This document shows positions 1 through 10,121 of a stretch of DNA of 64,000 nt, in pieces. Position 1 is the first letter of the stretch. Each line of letters starts with the position of its first letter. Position numbers and translations under genes: made by a program. Under the pieces are notes generated by a model. The model was not told where the DNA came from. It did not search any database and saw only the letters and a list, made by a program, of their open reading frames with translations. Source of the DNA: an uncultured delta proteobacterium (lineage in GTDB: Bacteria > Desulfobacterota > WTBG01 > CAIYCZ01 > CAIRTM01); the NCBI GenBank assembly GCA_963804955.1, contig CAWDSQ010000007.1, forward strand, positions 160,001 to 224,000, given 5' to 3'.

Positions 1-7
1 ATACTGA

Positions 8-1446
8 ATGTACGTTGAGCAGTTTTCAGACATCAGGGCCACAGCCCGTACCGCTTCAGGAGCACCAGAACGCATGAGCGATACCCCTCTTGAAACAGAA
101 GAAATGAACAAAGAACCGGAGCAGCCCGGCCATACTGACGATACCCGTGCTTCCATCGTCTTTGCCCTCTTGCAGCTCAACCGCGCTACGGGAGACATCC
201 CCTATGAAAACAAAAAAGATTTCATCGAGGTAATCAAAAACGCGGACTTCGGCACGTGGCAGGCAGGCGCTACCATTATCGAACAGGGCAAACCGGCGAC
301 CGGCTCTTCGTGATACTTGAAGGCAGTGCGGTTGAGATCTCCTGGCGATGGCTCACCGGCCGTTCTTGAAAAAGGAACTATTGTCGGGAGAAGGCAGCTG
401 CTCGACAACGGGCAGTTTAGCGCTCGCTCGTTGTTGCCGGAGATGCCGGTGTTTCCCTGCTGGTCATAAAAAAAGAAACTCTTCTGGCCAATCCCGCCGT
501 CTACCAGGAGCCTGCTTGATCGAGGCCTGCTCATTCAGGGCAGGGACTGCGTCTATGAGTTCGGGGGAAAACTCGGGGAGGGGGCAACCGGGCATGTGTT
601 TGAAATCGAAGGCCATAACCTGTGCGCTAAAATTGTACCGCCCAAGGCCTGACGCTGCAGCAGGCGATTCCTGCCGCCATCCCTGAGGATATACTGCAGC
701 TGCGGCATCCAAATATCGTCAGCATTCATGAAAATATCAGCGCACACGGAGCCCAGTTCATCATCATGGACCTGGCAAAAGGCCTCACTATCAGGCGCAA
801 AACCGGGGAGACTGCGCGCTGCCACAACGTGCGCCAAATGATGGAGGCATTTCAGTCGGAGCAGCAGCGGGTATCCCTTGACATGACGGCAAAGGTATTC
901 CGTCATGTGGCAGCAGCACTTCTGTATATTCATGATCAGGGCTTTGTGCACCGCGACGTAAAGCCCGAGCATATTTTCATCGATGTCAACGACAATGATA
1001 TTTCTTTCATGCTGTCGGACTTCAGCCTGGCCTTCCCCATAAGTACGAGACCGGGCAAAATAGAGGGCACACCGCACTATTGCCCGCCCGAGGCCATCTC
1101 CATCGAAAAGCCCGAAACCCTCATAGCCGGCAGCGCCGACTTCTACAGCCTGGCAGCCGTCTGTTTTGAACTGCTCACCGGACAAACGGTCTTTGGATGC
1201 TCCAATGTGCTGGAGCTTGCGCAGCAGCATCTTCAGGCAGAGCCAGACCTGTCGATACTGCCGTCAGAAACCCCCATCTGGCTCGGAAAATTCATCGAGC
1301 AGGCACTGAAAAAGAACCCTGACGAGCGCCCAATCAAAGAAGAAATAGAAAAACTCATAACCAGTGGCATAAGCAGTCGCGATCCGGAAGCCTGCCTTGA
1401 GGCGCAGGCAAAAAAGCTCCGGATTGACAGCAGGAACAGTACATGA
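8..1446 (+). CDS. cNMP-binding domain + Hanks-type Ser/Thr kinase (frameshifted; start uncertain)
   Basis: Stitched frames give a cNMP-like segment (WQAGATIIEQGKP/DRLFVILEGSA, ~257-340), a kinase N-lobe (LGEGATGHVF...CAKIV, ~542-650) and ORF 766-1446 with HRDVKPEH, DFS and GTPHYCPPE. Confidence 0.75.
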
Positions 1447-1524
1447 GAGTGCAATCATCTTCGCAGCAAGCCCACTCAACTGCTCTACACCGATTGCTTA
1501 CCATAACCGCACATCGGGTATAAA

Positions 1525-1558
1525 AAGAGGCCGGATGCATACATGCACCCGGCCTCTT
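1525..1558. terminator. probable bidirectional terminator hairpin
   Basis: aagaggccgg...ccggcctctt inverted repeat between convergent genes, with an A-run on the left. Confidence 0.65.
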
Positions 1559-1581
1559 GTGCTGATGGCTCAAAAACCGGC

Positions 1582-2116
1582 TTACAAGAAAACTTCAGCA
1601 ACGGGAATAAAAGACTGCAATGCCTTATACGAAAAGGCTTTCAGCGTCGGATTTTTCTCAAGAACAGCATTGTATCGAATCGGCATTATTATAATACATG
1701 CTGATAATACGCTTACCCAGCGCGCTCTTTGCAAGGATCTTGTCGCGGAAACCCCGAAGCGTTACAAGACGAGGGTCGTCATCCCCAAGAACTTCAGCGG
1801 CAGGACAATTGCTCTTGCAGTCCGAATGGCATGCACTGCAGTTCTGAGATGAGTGCGCAGACAACTTTACCAGGTTACAAGCACCGGGCTTAACTCGCGG
1901 ATGGCACACAGCGCATTTGGCCGGCGCAACATTTGGACCGCCGCTTGGAGACGTATGGCAAGTCGTGCAGGCTTCATGTTTTTCACCCGCATGCACCGCA
2001 TCTTGCGTGTGGCAGATCGTGCAACCCTGGTTCACATTTTGATAGGCAAAAACGTTCTGTGTATACACAAAAATGGTGCAGGCAATAACCAAAAAAACAA
2101 AAATATGTTTTTTCAT
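1582..2116 (-). CDS. secreted tetraheme c-type cytochrome with CFI-box-CTERM-like tail (frameshift near C-terminus)
   Basis: Signal peptide and 4 CxxCH motifs (CTICH, CTTCH, CAVCH, CSACH), then CPAAEVLG..LRGFRDKIL..GKRIISMYY. An alternate frame continues NAVLEKNPTLKAF...VFL to TAA at 1582-1584. Confidence 0.8.
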
Positions 2117-2174
2117 ACGTCCTTCCTTTCTTCGAACAACCTGCTAATATTTTAAATATTAAAGCACCTGTCGG

Positions 2175-2203
2175 GTTATAGAATTAATACAACCCCTTGT
2201 CAA
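2175..2203 (-). promoter_or_regulatory. sigma70-type promoter of cytochrome gene
   Basis: TTGACA-N17-TATAAC on the minus strand. Confidence 0.65.
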
Positions 2204-2271
2204 CTCGGGCGATGCTGTTTTCGTGGCATGCTGCTTGTTAAACAGCTCACCCGTCATCGGGTTTCTCAGGT

Positions 2272-3312
2272 TTATTTGAGCAAGGCACCGAGCTGACCGC
2301 AGGCCGCTGCAATATCAGAGCCCTTGCTGTTGCGGATGGGGGCTGTCAAGTTCAGGTCGTGCAGAATTTTCTGAAACGCCAGGACCGAACGCTCGCCGGG
2401 CTTTTTAAAGTCAGCAGCAGGGTGCTCATTAAAAGGTATAAGGTTTATTTTGCAGGGTATGCCTTTGAGCAGCCCGGCCAGCTCACGGGCATTGCCGGCA
2501 GTATCATTAACACCCTGAATGAGAATATATTCAAAAGTAATCCGCTTGCGGGCTGCCAGGGGAAACTGCCGAGCTGCAGCCAGCAGATCGCGCAGGGGAT
2601 ATTTTTTATTCACCGGCATGAGGCGGCTTCTCGTCTCATCATTTGAAGCGTTCAGGGATATGGCCAGGTTGACAGGAACATCATCCCCCAGCCTCTTGAT
2701 CTGGGGCACGAGGCCTGCCGTGGAAACCGTGATGCGGCGATGGGAAAAATTGAACCCCCAGGGGCTCAGCAGAGTGCGGATGGCCTTGACCGTGGTGTCA
2801 TAATTTGCAAGCGGCTCGCCCATGCCCATAAAAACCAGATTGGGCATCGCATCGCCGAAGGGCTCAACCCTCATGATGGCGCTTACCTGATTTAAAATCT
2901 CGGCAACAGTCAAATTGCGCACAAGGCCGTCGCGGCCCGTATGGCAGAACCGGCAGCCCATCGCGCACCCGATCTGAGTTGACAGGCACAGCGTGATATG
3001 CCCGGTCTCCGGTATCAGCACACTCTCCAGCCCGAAACCGTCCGAAGTTCTGAAAAGATACTTTTTCGAGCCGTCTTTTGAGCTGTCGATCCGCTCCGGA
3101 GTAAACGAGCTTATACACGCCGCAGCTTCAAGACGCATGCGGAGGTCTTTTGAAAGATTGGTCATCCTGCCGATGTCTTGCACATGTTTCTGAAATATCC
3201 ACTGCGATATCTGGCGGGAACGGTAGGGCTCAAGGCCCAACTCACCGGCAAGCAGTTCAAGTTCCTGAAGCGACAGAGAGACAAGATCTTTCCTGTTAAG
3301 CATAGAACCCAT
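2272..3312 (-). CDS. rlmN: 23S rRNA (adenine(2503)-C2)-methyltransferase, radical SAM
   Basis: CLSTQIGCAMGCRFC, FMGMGEPL, and C-terminal DIAAACGQL. Confidence 0.95.
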   Translation of the reverse strand: MGSMLNRKDLVSLSLQELELLAGELGLEPYRSRQISQWIFQKHVQDIGRMTNLSKDLRMRLEAAACISSFTPERIDSSKDGSKKYLFRTSDGFGLESVLIPETGHITLCLSTQIGCAMGCRFCHTGRDGLVRNLTVAEILNQVSAIMRVEPFGDAMPNLVFMGMGEPLANYDTTVKAIRTLLSPWGFNFSHRRITVSTAGLVPQIKRLGDDVPVNLAISLNASNDETRSRLMPVNKKYPLRDLLAAARQFPLAARKRITFEYILIQGVNDTAGNARELAGLLKGIPCKINLIPFNEHPAADFKKPGERSVLAFQKILHDLNLTAPIRNSKGSDIAAACGQLGALLK

Positions 3313-3410
3313 AATTCACTGTTAAAACTTCATAAATACCCATAGTTTTCATCTATACTACCCGATGAACCGGTCAAAAACAAGGCCTATAAAAAAGACT
3401 CAAAATCCTG

Positions 3411-3439
3411 TTGACAAACTATACTATTAGGATTATACA
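3411..3439 (+). promoter_or_regulatory. sigma70-type promoter of dksA-like gene
   Basis: TTGACA-N17-TATACA. Confidence 0.65.
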
Positions 3440-3481
3440 TCACCTTCCGTTTTCATAAAAAACTCTAAGGAATGGCAGAAA

Positions 3482-3904
3482 ATGAAGGGTTACGAAACAC
3501 TTCGCAAGGATCTTTTTAAACTCCGTGAAACGATTTTAAAGGATATTGGCAGCAATTTAAAAACCGAGCGCAATCCCGGAGACCGTGAAGTCGGCGATTT
3601 CTATGATGATGTTGACATAGAAAAAGACCGTCAGATGGTCTATACCCTCGGTGAGCGGGAGCGCGCCAAGTTGAATGCCATTAATACGGCTATTGAAAAA
3701 ATCGAAGACGGCACCTATGGCGAGTGCGAGGAATGCGGCTGCGAAATCAATAAAAAAAGATTAAAAATAATACCTTTTGCAAAATATTGCATCAACTGTC
3801 AGGAGGAAATTGAAAAACGGGCAATCTTCACGGAAGAGCCTGCCGAAGACAATTTGATGTACAAGGATATTTCCATATCAGATATGGAGGGCGGCGATGA
3901 ATAA
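3482..3904 (+). CDS. DksA/TraR family C4 zinc-finger protein
   Basis: GDFYDD coiled-coil tip; GTYGECEECG..I..KRL..IPFAKYCINCQE. Confidence 0.9.
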   Translation: MKGYETLRKDLFKLRETILKDIGSNLKTERNPGDREVGDFYDDVDIEKDRQMVYTLGERERAKLNAINTAIEKIEDGTYGECEECGCEINKKRLKIIPFAKYCINCQEEIEKRAIFTEEPAEDNLMYKDISISDMEGGDE

Positions 3905-3993
3905 AAAACTGATTTTTTTTCTTCCAGCCCTTGCAGGTTTTTCCGGGTATGTTATATAAAAGCTAAAGGTATTCTTACCTTCTTTACCCCTCT

Positions 3994-4030
3994 AAAACTC
4001 CCTGGCACCCCCCCTCGCCAGGGAGTTTTT
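3994..4030. terminator. bidirectional intrinsic terminator
   Basis: aaaactccctggc-loop-gccagggagttttt. Confidence 0.8.
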
Positions 4031-4049
4031 CTTTTTATCTCCAAACGCA

Positions 4050-5393
4050 TCAATCACTTGTCAAAAGAGACAAAAGAGTCTTCAGCTCCTTGTTTTTTCT
4101 GAGCTTGCGCAATGCTTTATTCTCAAGCTGACGGATCCGCTCACGGGAGACCTTGAACTGCTCCCCGACCTCCTCGAGTGTTTTTTCGCCCTCATCGCCA
4201 AGACCGAAACGCAGCTTTAAAATAGAGGCCTCCCGCGGCGGCAACGACTCGATTATCCGTGCGGCACTGTCCTTTATGATTTCATCGCAGATCGTATCCA
4301 TGGGCGAGGGCCGGTCATCGGAAAGAAAATTTTCAAGGGGATCTATATCATCAACCAGCGATGTTTCAAGAGATACAGGCTCTTTAAAGGCCGTCATGAT
4401 CTTGGCTATCTCCACGGGAGACATCTTGAGTTTGCCCGCCAGCTCAACCATGGATGATTCCCGGCCTTCATCCTGCAGGAGTTCGCGCGCGGCTTTTTTT
4501 ATTTTATAAAACTTTTCATTGACATACACGGGGATACGAATGACCCTGCTTTTTTCTTCAATAGCCCTGTTGATGCTTTCACGGATCCACCACGAGGCAT
4601 AGGTGTTGAGGCGGAAGCCTTTTTTATGGTCGAATTTTTCAACGGCTTTGATGAGGCCGAGATTCCCTTCCTGGACAAGATCGCGAAAAGACACAGCCCG
4701 GTTGCGATAATGCCTGCAGATGCTCACCACCAGCCGTAGATTGCTCTGAATAAGTTTTTGACGCGCCTCGCTTATGCGGGGCTCAAGCTGTTTCAGATTG
4801 CTCCAGATATCATTGAGTTCAAGAAAAAAACGCCGGTACCGGTCAGCCCGCCTGGCGCCGTTTTCCTCGGCAAGAACCTGCCAGTTTTTCAACTCATGCA
4901 GATTGATCTTGGCAAGGCTTTCTTCAAACTCCTCATTCAGCTTCACCGTCTCCTTGGCAAGCTTGCGTTTTTCGCGGGTGCTGCCTGCCTTTTTTATCAA
5001 AGCCCTGCTGCGGTCGATGCGCTTGTAGAGGGCAAGGGCTTCTTCAAGATACAAATAATCACACAGGGAATCCCGCGTTATGACCAGCAGTTGGTTCAGG
5101 GGCTTATAGGTCTGAATGCTGTGAAGTATTTCAACAGCCCGTTTCAAAAGCCCGGCTTTTTCAAGATTGCTTTTATAGAGAATAAGAGCCCAGTGCTGTT
5201 CTTCCTTGGTGGTCAGCAGTGGTATTTTCCGGATTTCCTTGAGATAGATGCGGAGAGGGTCATTCTCATGGCTGATGCCAATGGCATCATGTCCGTTCTC
5301 ATCGCCTTCGACATCTTCCTTCCACGGCACGGGTCTCTCTTCCGCAGCAGCAGGCAGCGGCAATTCATGATACGTATCTTTACCCTCTTTCAT
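4050..5393 (-). CDS. RpoD/RpoS-family sigma-70 factor (divergent, lacks region 1.1)
   Basis: Region 1.2 [10 protein letters not shown]; region 2 [33 protein letters not shown]; region 4 [15 protein letters not shown]. Confidence 0.9.
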   Translation of the reverse strand: MKEGKDTYHELPLPAAAEERPVPWKEDVEGDENGHDAIGISHENDPLRIYLKEIRKIPLLTTKEEQHWALILYKSNLEKAGLLKRAVEILHSIQTYKPLNQLLVITRDSLCDYLYLEEALALYKRIDRSRALIKKAGSTREKRKLAKETVKLNEEFEESLAKINLHELKNWQVLAEENGARRADRYRRFFLELNDIWSNLKQLEPRISEARQKLIQSNLRLVVSICRHYRNRAVSFRDLVQEGNLGLIKAVEKFDHKKGFRLNTYASWWIRESINRAIEEKSRVIRIPVYVNEKFYKIKKAARELLQDEGRESSMVELAGKLKMSPVEIAKIMTAFKEPVSLETSLVDDIDPLENFLSDDRPSPMDTICDEIIKDSAARIIESLPPREASILKLRFGLGDEGEKTLEEVGEQFKVSRERIRQLENKALRKLRKNKELKTLLSLLTSD

Positions 5394-5457
5394 AAGCACC
5401 CCTCATAAAAAAAACCTGGCCGGACACAGCCCGGCTTACTCACACGCCGGCGGAGCA

Positions 5458-5733
5458 TCAGCCTTTGTTCTCCTGAAACCTGTCCATGCACGAACGGCAG
5501 CAAAAATAGTAGCTTGTACCGGCTTTATCAAGATGCAGCGCCTCTTTTTTTGGCACATACACTTTGCAGACCGGATCCTGAACCATTTCATTCACCTGCC
5601 GGGGACCAGGGTTAAAAGAAGGCTTTTTTGTCTGCTGCCGGTTCTCTGCACCCTGTTTGCCGAACAGCCTTTTCAGCAGTTTAAAAAAAACATACACCAG
5701 AAAAAAAAACAGTGCAAACCTAATCAACGACAT
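5458..5733 (-). CDS. YHS/TRASH domain membrane protein
   Basis: N-terminal TM helix; MVQDPVCKVYVP...YYFCCRSC. Confidence 0.8.
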   Translation of the reverse strand: MSLIRFALFFFLVYVFFKLLKRLFGKQGAENRQQTKKPSFNPGPRQVNEMVQDPVCKVYVPKKEALHLDKAGTSYYFCCRSCMDRFQENKG

Positions 5734-5975
5734 ACCTACCTTCTCTGTTGCGCCGCAGCACAGACAGGCACTGCCGTCTGTGGCACAGCTTTTCTTTTGT
5801 TCGTGCATGGCCCGGTGCCGGCACATCACAATGCTGCGAAGCTTTGAAGTATCTGTTTCAGCAGAAAATTCGGCTGATGCCATTACCGCTTATTCTATGC
5901 TGCCACATACATACCGGCGCATACATGCGGGCACGCTATCTAAAAAACGCCGCCGCACGCATGACGGAATAGGCT

Positions 5976-6803
5976 CTACACACAGGCATCCCGAAGCCCG
6001 AGCACATCCTGCATGTCATACATGCCCGCAGGCCTTCCCATGAGCCACTTTGCCGCATGCAAAGCTCCCTGAGCAAAGCAGTCACGGCTCTGCGCACGAT
6101 GAATCAGCTCTATGCGCTCGCCCGTGCCCGCAAACATGACGAGATGCTCGCCCACCACATCGCCGCCGCGCAGCGTCTGAATGCCGATTTCGTCCCGGCG
6201 CCGCTCCCCCGTGATACCCTTGCGCTCATAGACGCCTGCCCGGTCAAGGCTCCAGCCATAGGTCTGGGCAAGAATCTGGGCAAGACGCATAGCCGTGCCG
6301 CTGGGGGCGTCTTTTTTGTGACGATGATGCATTTCGACGACTTCGACATCAAATCCGTCCTGCAGTATGCGGGCGACATCGGCTACAATCTTAAACAGCG
6401 CATTGACCCCCATGCTCATGTTGGGAGCACAGACACAGGGAAACGCCCCGCTCAACTCCTGCAGCTCAGCTGTCTGGTCGGGAGTAAACCCCGTAGAGCC
6501 GATAACGGCGGCTTTGCCCGCCCGGGCGCAAAAACGGGCCGTATCCATAGACACCCGGGGAAAGGTAAAATCAATGACCGCGTCAAAGGGCTGAGCCATT
6601 TCCTCAAGCTTCTCGACAAGCATCTGACTGCCGTCGCCAAGCCCCATGAGCTCCTTCAAAGATTTCCCGACGCAGCCGCTCTGGAGACTTTCGGTTCCAC
6701 CCGCAAGCACGACATCATCCGAAGCGGAGCTCAGATGACAAAGCCGCTGCCCCATTCTGCCCATGGCACCGATAACCACACAGGCAATTCCCCTTTTTTC
6801 CAT
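5976..6803 (-). CDS. dapB: 4-hydroxy-tetrahydrodipicolinate reductase
   Basis: GAMGRMG, IDFT, GSTG, EMHHRHKKDAPSGTA. Confidence 0.95.
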   Translation of the reverse strand: MEKRGIACVVIGAMGRMGQRLCHLSSASDDVVLAGGTESLQSGCVGKSLKELMGLGDGSQMLVEKLEEMAQPFDAVIDFTFPRVSMDTARFCARAGKAAVIGSTGFTPDQTAELQELSGAFPCVCAPNMSMGVNALFKIVADVARILQDGFDVEVVEMHHRHKKDAPSGTAMRLAQILAQTYGWSLDRAGVYERKGITGERRRDEIGIQTLRGGDVVGEHLVMFAGTGERIELIHRAQSRDCFAQGALHAAKWLMGRPAGMYDMQDVLGLRDACV

Positions 6804-6820
6804 GCTTATCTCCGTATGTT

Positions 6821-8176
6821 TTATTGCTTTTTTTCTCCGACCGGGCATGCGACCAGCGGCAGGTATGCCTCATAGTCGAACCGCGGACTATTCTTCTCGG
6901 TGTGGCAGCCGATGCAGACCTGCCTGCCCCCCGTGCGCACGATGCCGCTTTTCGAGGCCTTGTGACGGCTTGCGGGCCCGTGGCACGCCTCGCACTGCAC
7001 ATTTATCATAGTCGAACGCTCTTTCTGCAAAGGCGAATACCCCCCCGGCTCGCCATAGCCCGTCGTATGGCAGACGAGGCATTCCACGGCATACTGCGAG
7101 CCTTTGTGAACAAGCGTCTGATATGCCCGGGCATGCGGCGTCACCTGCCAGTTTTCATACTGCGGCACATGGCATTGCACGCAGCCGTCTCCCCCGACAT
7201 AGGCTGCCCCGCCGCCACCAGCGCCAGCCTGCTTTGTCCCATCCTTAAAAAACGCCTGCTGGTTCATGGCCGCAACCTGCGCCTTATAGGCGTTTCCCAT
7301 ATCGACGATATCCTTTTCTTCACCGATGCCGGGTTTCAACGCTATGAGCCTGGCGTCAACGGAAAAACCATCACCGGTGCGCGCCACTTCGGCGCTTCCC
7401 AGATACTGGCCCCGATTGTATGCCTGCAGGATGGCTGTCCCGTTTTCCATAACCGGTTTTTCAAGCAGCCGGTCCGCGCGGGCCGATATAATCAGGTTGA
7501 TGCCCGGCACCTGCCGCGCAAGCTCCCTGTCGCGCTCCAGGCCCAGGCCCGACAATACGATCAGAAAATCACTTTTGCCGCGAACTGCTGCAGCCATCTT
7601 ACGAACCGCAACGGCCGGGTCTTCAATGCGCACATCCGGCACAAAAACCCCGTCCTGCGGACACAGGCCCAAAACAGCAACACGCATGCCGGCAACTTTC
7701 TTAAACACCACGGGTTCAAACAGGTGCCTGCCGTCGTCGCGGGTAAGAATATTTGATGAAACAAAAGGGAACAATGCCTTTTTGCGCAGACCGGTCAGAG
7801 CATCGAGCCCCAACATAAGGTCGCCGTCACTCACATTCAGGGCATCGCAGCCCATGGCATTATAAGCACCGAGTATATACTCCGCCTTGAGCAAAAATTC
7901 GCGTGCTTCAATATCCTGTACGGGTCGCTTCTGAAAAAAAAGATTGCCGGCATCAAGGTGCATTGTATCGGCATTTTTACGCACAGCAGCCCGGAGCAGG
8001 CGCGCCTTGCGCGAAAGCCCCCCAAGCTGAGCGTCCGTGCATCCGCAGTTCTCAAATTCTCCCCGCACGTCGTTGGAATATACTATCGCAAACCCCTTGC
8101 CGCCCAGCCCTTTCAGCGAGCATCCCGATAGCACTAAAACAAAAGCGCAGCTCACAGCAAGAACTCTTTGAAACAT
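6821..8176 (-). CDS. lipoprotein: UshA/5'-nucleotidase-like domain fused to tetraheme cytochrome c (c554-like)
   Basis: Lipobox LSGC; SNDVRGEFENCGC..LGGLSR and LDAGN; C-terminal CVQCH, CLVCH, CEACH, CIGCH. Confidence 0.8.
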   Translation of the reverse strand: MFQRVLAVSCAFVLVLSGCSLKGLGGKGFAIVYSNDVRGEFENCGCTDAQLGGLSRKARLLRAAVRKNADTMHLDAGNLFFQKRPVQDIEAREFLLKAEYILGAYNAMGCDALNVSDGDLMLGLDALTGLRKKALFPFVSSNILTRDDGRHLFEPVVFKKVAGMRVAVLGLCPQDGVFVPDVRIEDPAVAVRKMAAAVRGKSDFLIVLSGLGLERDRELARQVPGINLIISARADRLLEKPVMENGTAILQAYNRGQYLGSAEVARTGDGFSVDARLIALKPGIGEEKDIVDMGNAYKAQVAAMNQQAFFKDGTKQAGAGGGGAAYVGGDGCVQCHVPQYENWQVTPHARAYQTLVHKGSQYAVECLVCHTTGYGEPGGYSPLQKERSTMINVQCEACHGPASRHKASKSGIVRTGGRQVCIGCHTEKNSPRFDYEAYLPLVACPVGEKKQ

Positions 8177-8285
8177 TTAGCTTTACTTTCTATGGTTTTT
8201 TTTTACAATGCTCAACAGATTAGATGTATATCGTCATTTATCAGCCATGTCAACCGGCATGCCATACGAGGGACGGGCACATACC

Positions 8286-8735
8286 ATGCGGGCCGTACTG
8301 CAGCGCGTAAAACAGGCATCAGTTTCGGTGGCTGGAGCGACGGTCGGAAAAATCGATGCCGGATTGCTGGTGCTGCTGGGAGTCGGGCAGCAGGATACGG
8401 CAGACGACGTGGCCTATATGGTCGCAAAAACAGTAGGCCTGCGCGTCTTTGAAAATGCCGAAGGGCTCATGAATCTCAGCATACTCGAGACCGGCGGCCA
8501 GGTGCTTGTTGTTTCGCAGTTTACGCTCTACGGCGACTGCCGAAAAGGCCGCCGGCCGTCGTTTTCCTCTGCGGCCGGCCCGGAACATGCCAGAAAGCTG
8601 TATGATAGGTATATTGAAGGACTCCAAGCCGCTGGGCTCACTGTTGCCAGCGGGACATTTCAGGCCATGATGGATATTGCGCTTGTCAATAATGGCCCGG
8701 TAACACTGCTGCTTGACAGCAGTAAATGCTTCTAA
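8286..8735 (+). CDS. dtd: D-aminoacyl-tRNA deacylase
   Basis: MRAVLQRV, SQFTL, GRRPSF, NNGPVT. Confidence 0.95.
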   Translation: MRAVLQRVKQASVSVAGATVGKIDAGLLVLLGVGQQDTADDVAYMVAKTVGLRVFENAEGLMNLSILETGGQVLVVSQFTLYGDCRKGRRPSFSSAAGPEHARKLYDRYIEGLQAAGLTVASGTFQAMMDIALVNNGPVTLLLDSSKCF

Positions 8736-8760
8736 CACCTGTTGTGAAAGGAACTATGAC

Positions 8761-9138
8761 ATGCTGAAAAACTCCACCGGCGGATCCAGCATAGGATGCC
8801 TGTTCATGAGTGCCATCGTGGTATGCTGCTTGTACGCAGGGTATAAATTCGCCGTCGTGCAATGGAATATCGAATCATTCAAGGAGCAACTCACCGAGGT
8901 TACCCGCTTCTGGGCCATCGACAAACAGGCTGACGACATCAACAGCATAAAAGCAGATGTCATACGGCGGGCCGATCAATGCGGACTCAGCCTGGAGGCT
9001 GAGAACATTACCGTGAAAACGGAGGGGGGAGCGGTAAGCATAGAAGCTTCATGGGTGGAGCCGATCGAGTTTCCCGGCGGGTATGTCTATGAGCGGGATA
9101 TAACCATATCGCGCAGCATCAGAAAAAGAGGCCATTAG
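8761..9138 (+). CDS. small single-pass membrane protein (DUF4845-like)
   Basis: Pilin-like G-x-hydrophobic N-terminus and a small soluble domain. Confidence 0.5.
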   Translation: MLKNSTGGSSIGCLFMSAIVVCCLYAGYKFAVVQWNIESFKEQLTEVTRFWAIDKQADDINSIKADVIRRADQCGLSLEAENITVKTEGGAVSIEASWVEPIEFPGGYVYERDITISRSIRKRGH

Positions 9139-10109
9139 CTGCTGCGCTCCATCACATAGGAGGCAAGATCGGCAAGGGCCTCTTTCAGGCCCGTTTCAAA
9201 CGAGACAAGCGCGGCAAGTCCCGCATGTATTCTCTCGCGGGCGCAGGCAACTGCATAGCCCGTGCCCTGATATTTCTCGATAAAATCCCGCACAGCTGCG
9301 ATATCATTCTGCTGCCACTGCCGGCACCCCATCAGGCCCGCCACCATGGCTTTTTCTTCATCCGAACACTTTGCAAGCGCCGCAATAAGAGGCAGGGTCA
9401 TGCAGCCCTCCTGCATATCCTTGCAGATTGTTTTGCCCAGATCCTTTTCACTTGCCTGATAGTCAAGCACATCATCCATAATTTGAAAGGCAATGCCCAG
9501 ATTTCTGCCGTAATCCGCAAGCAGCAGTTCCTGGTTGTGATCCAGACCGCTGAGAATGGCGCTGCTGCGGGCCGCGGCCTCTATGAGGCTCGCGGTTTTA
9601 TTTTCGACAATATAAAAATACTCCTGCTCGGTCGTTAAAGGATCGCCGGTTTTGGCCACCTGAAACGTTTCGGCTTCTGCAAGGCACTGTGCTGCACGGG
9701 CTATCACGTCAAGAATGCGCACATTGCCCACCCCGACCGCCAGAGAAAATGCGCGGGAAAAAAAATAGTCCCCCGCAAGTATGGCCGACTGATTGCCCCA
9801 CACGGTATGAGCTGAAGATATTCCCCGCCGCATCTCGGCATGATCAATGACATCATCATGCAGTACGCTTGCTGTATGGATATATTCAAGAACGCAGGCA
9901 AGCGGTATGTGGCTTGCGCCCTGATAGCCGCAGAATCTGGCCGTCAGCAGCAGAATCAGCGGCCGGATACGTTTGCCGCCGCTGCCCAGAATATGCCTGC
10001 AAATGCCGTTTAGCGTTTCAACCGGCGTGTCAATGGAGGCCATAAGCATCTGCTCGACACGATCCATGTCGTCGCGCACAAGAGCAATCAGGCTGTCGAT
10101 ATCTTTCAA
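9135..10109 (-). CDS. polyprenyl diphosphate synthase (IspB-like)
   Basis: GGKRIRP, LHDDVID..RRG, FQIMDDVLD. Confidence 0.92.
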   Translation of the reverse strand: MKDIDSLIALVRDDMDRVEQMLMASIDTPVETLNGICRHILGSGGKRIRPLILLLTARFCGYQGASHIPLACVLEYIHTASVLHDDVIDHAEMRRGISSAHTVWGNQSAILAGDYFFSRAFSLAVGVGNVRILDVIARAAQCLAEAETFQVAKTGDPLTTEQEYFYIVENKTASLIEAAARSSAILSGLDHNQELLLADYGRNLGIAFQIMDDVLDYQASEKDLGKTICKDMQEGCMTLPLIAALAKCSDEEKAMVAGLMGCRQWQQNDIAAVRDFIEKYQGTGYAVACARERIHAGLAALVSFETGLKEALADLASYVMERSS

Positions 10110-10121
10110 AACCGCACTCCT

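Noticed and set aside
2224..2239. Sigma54-like site TGGCAT-N5-TTGT
   Set aside because: Imperfect -12 element, and it points antisense into rlmN with no gene to drive.
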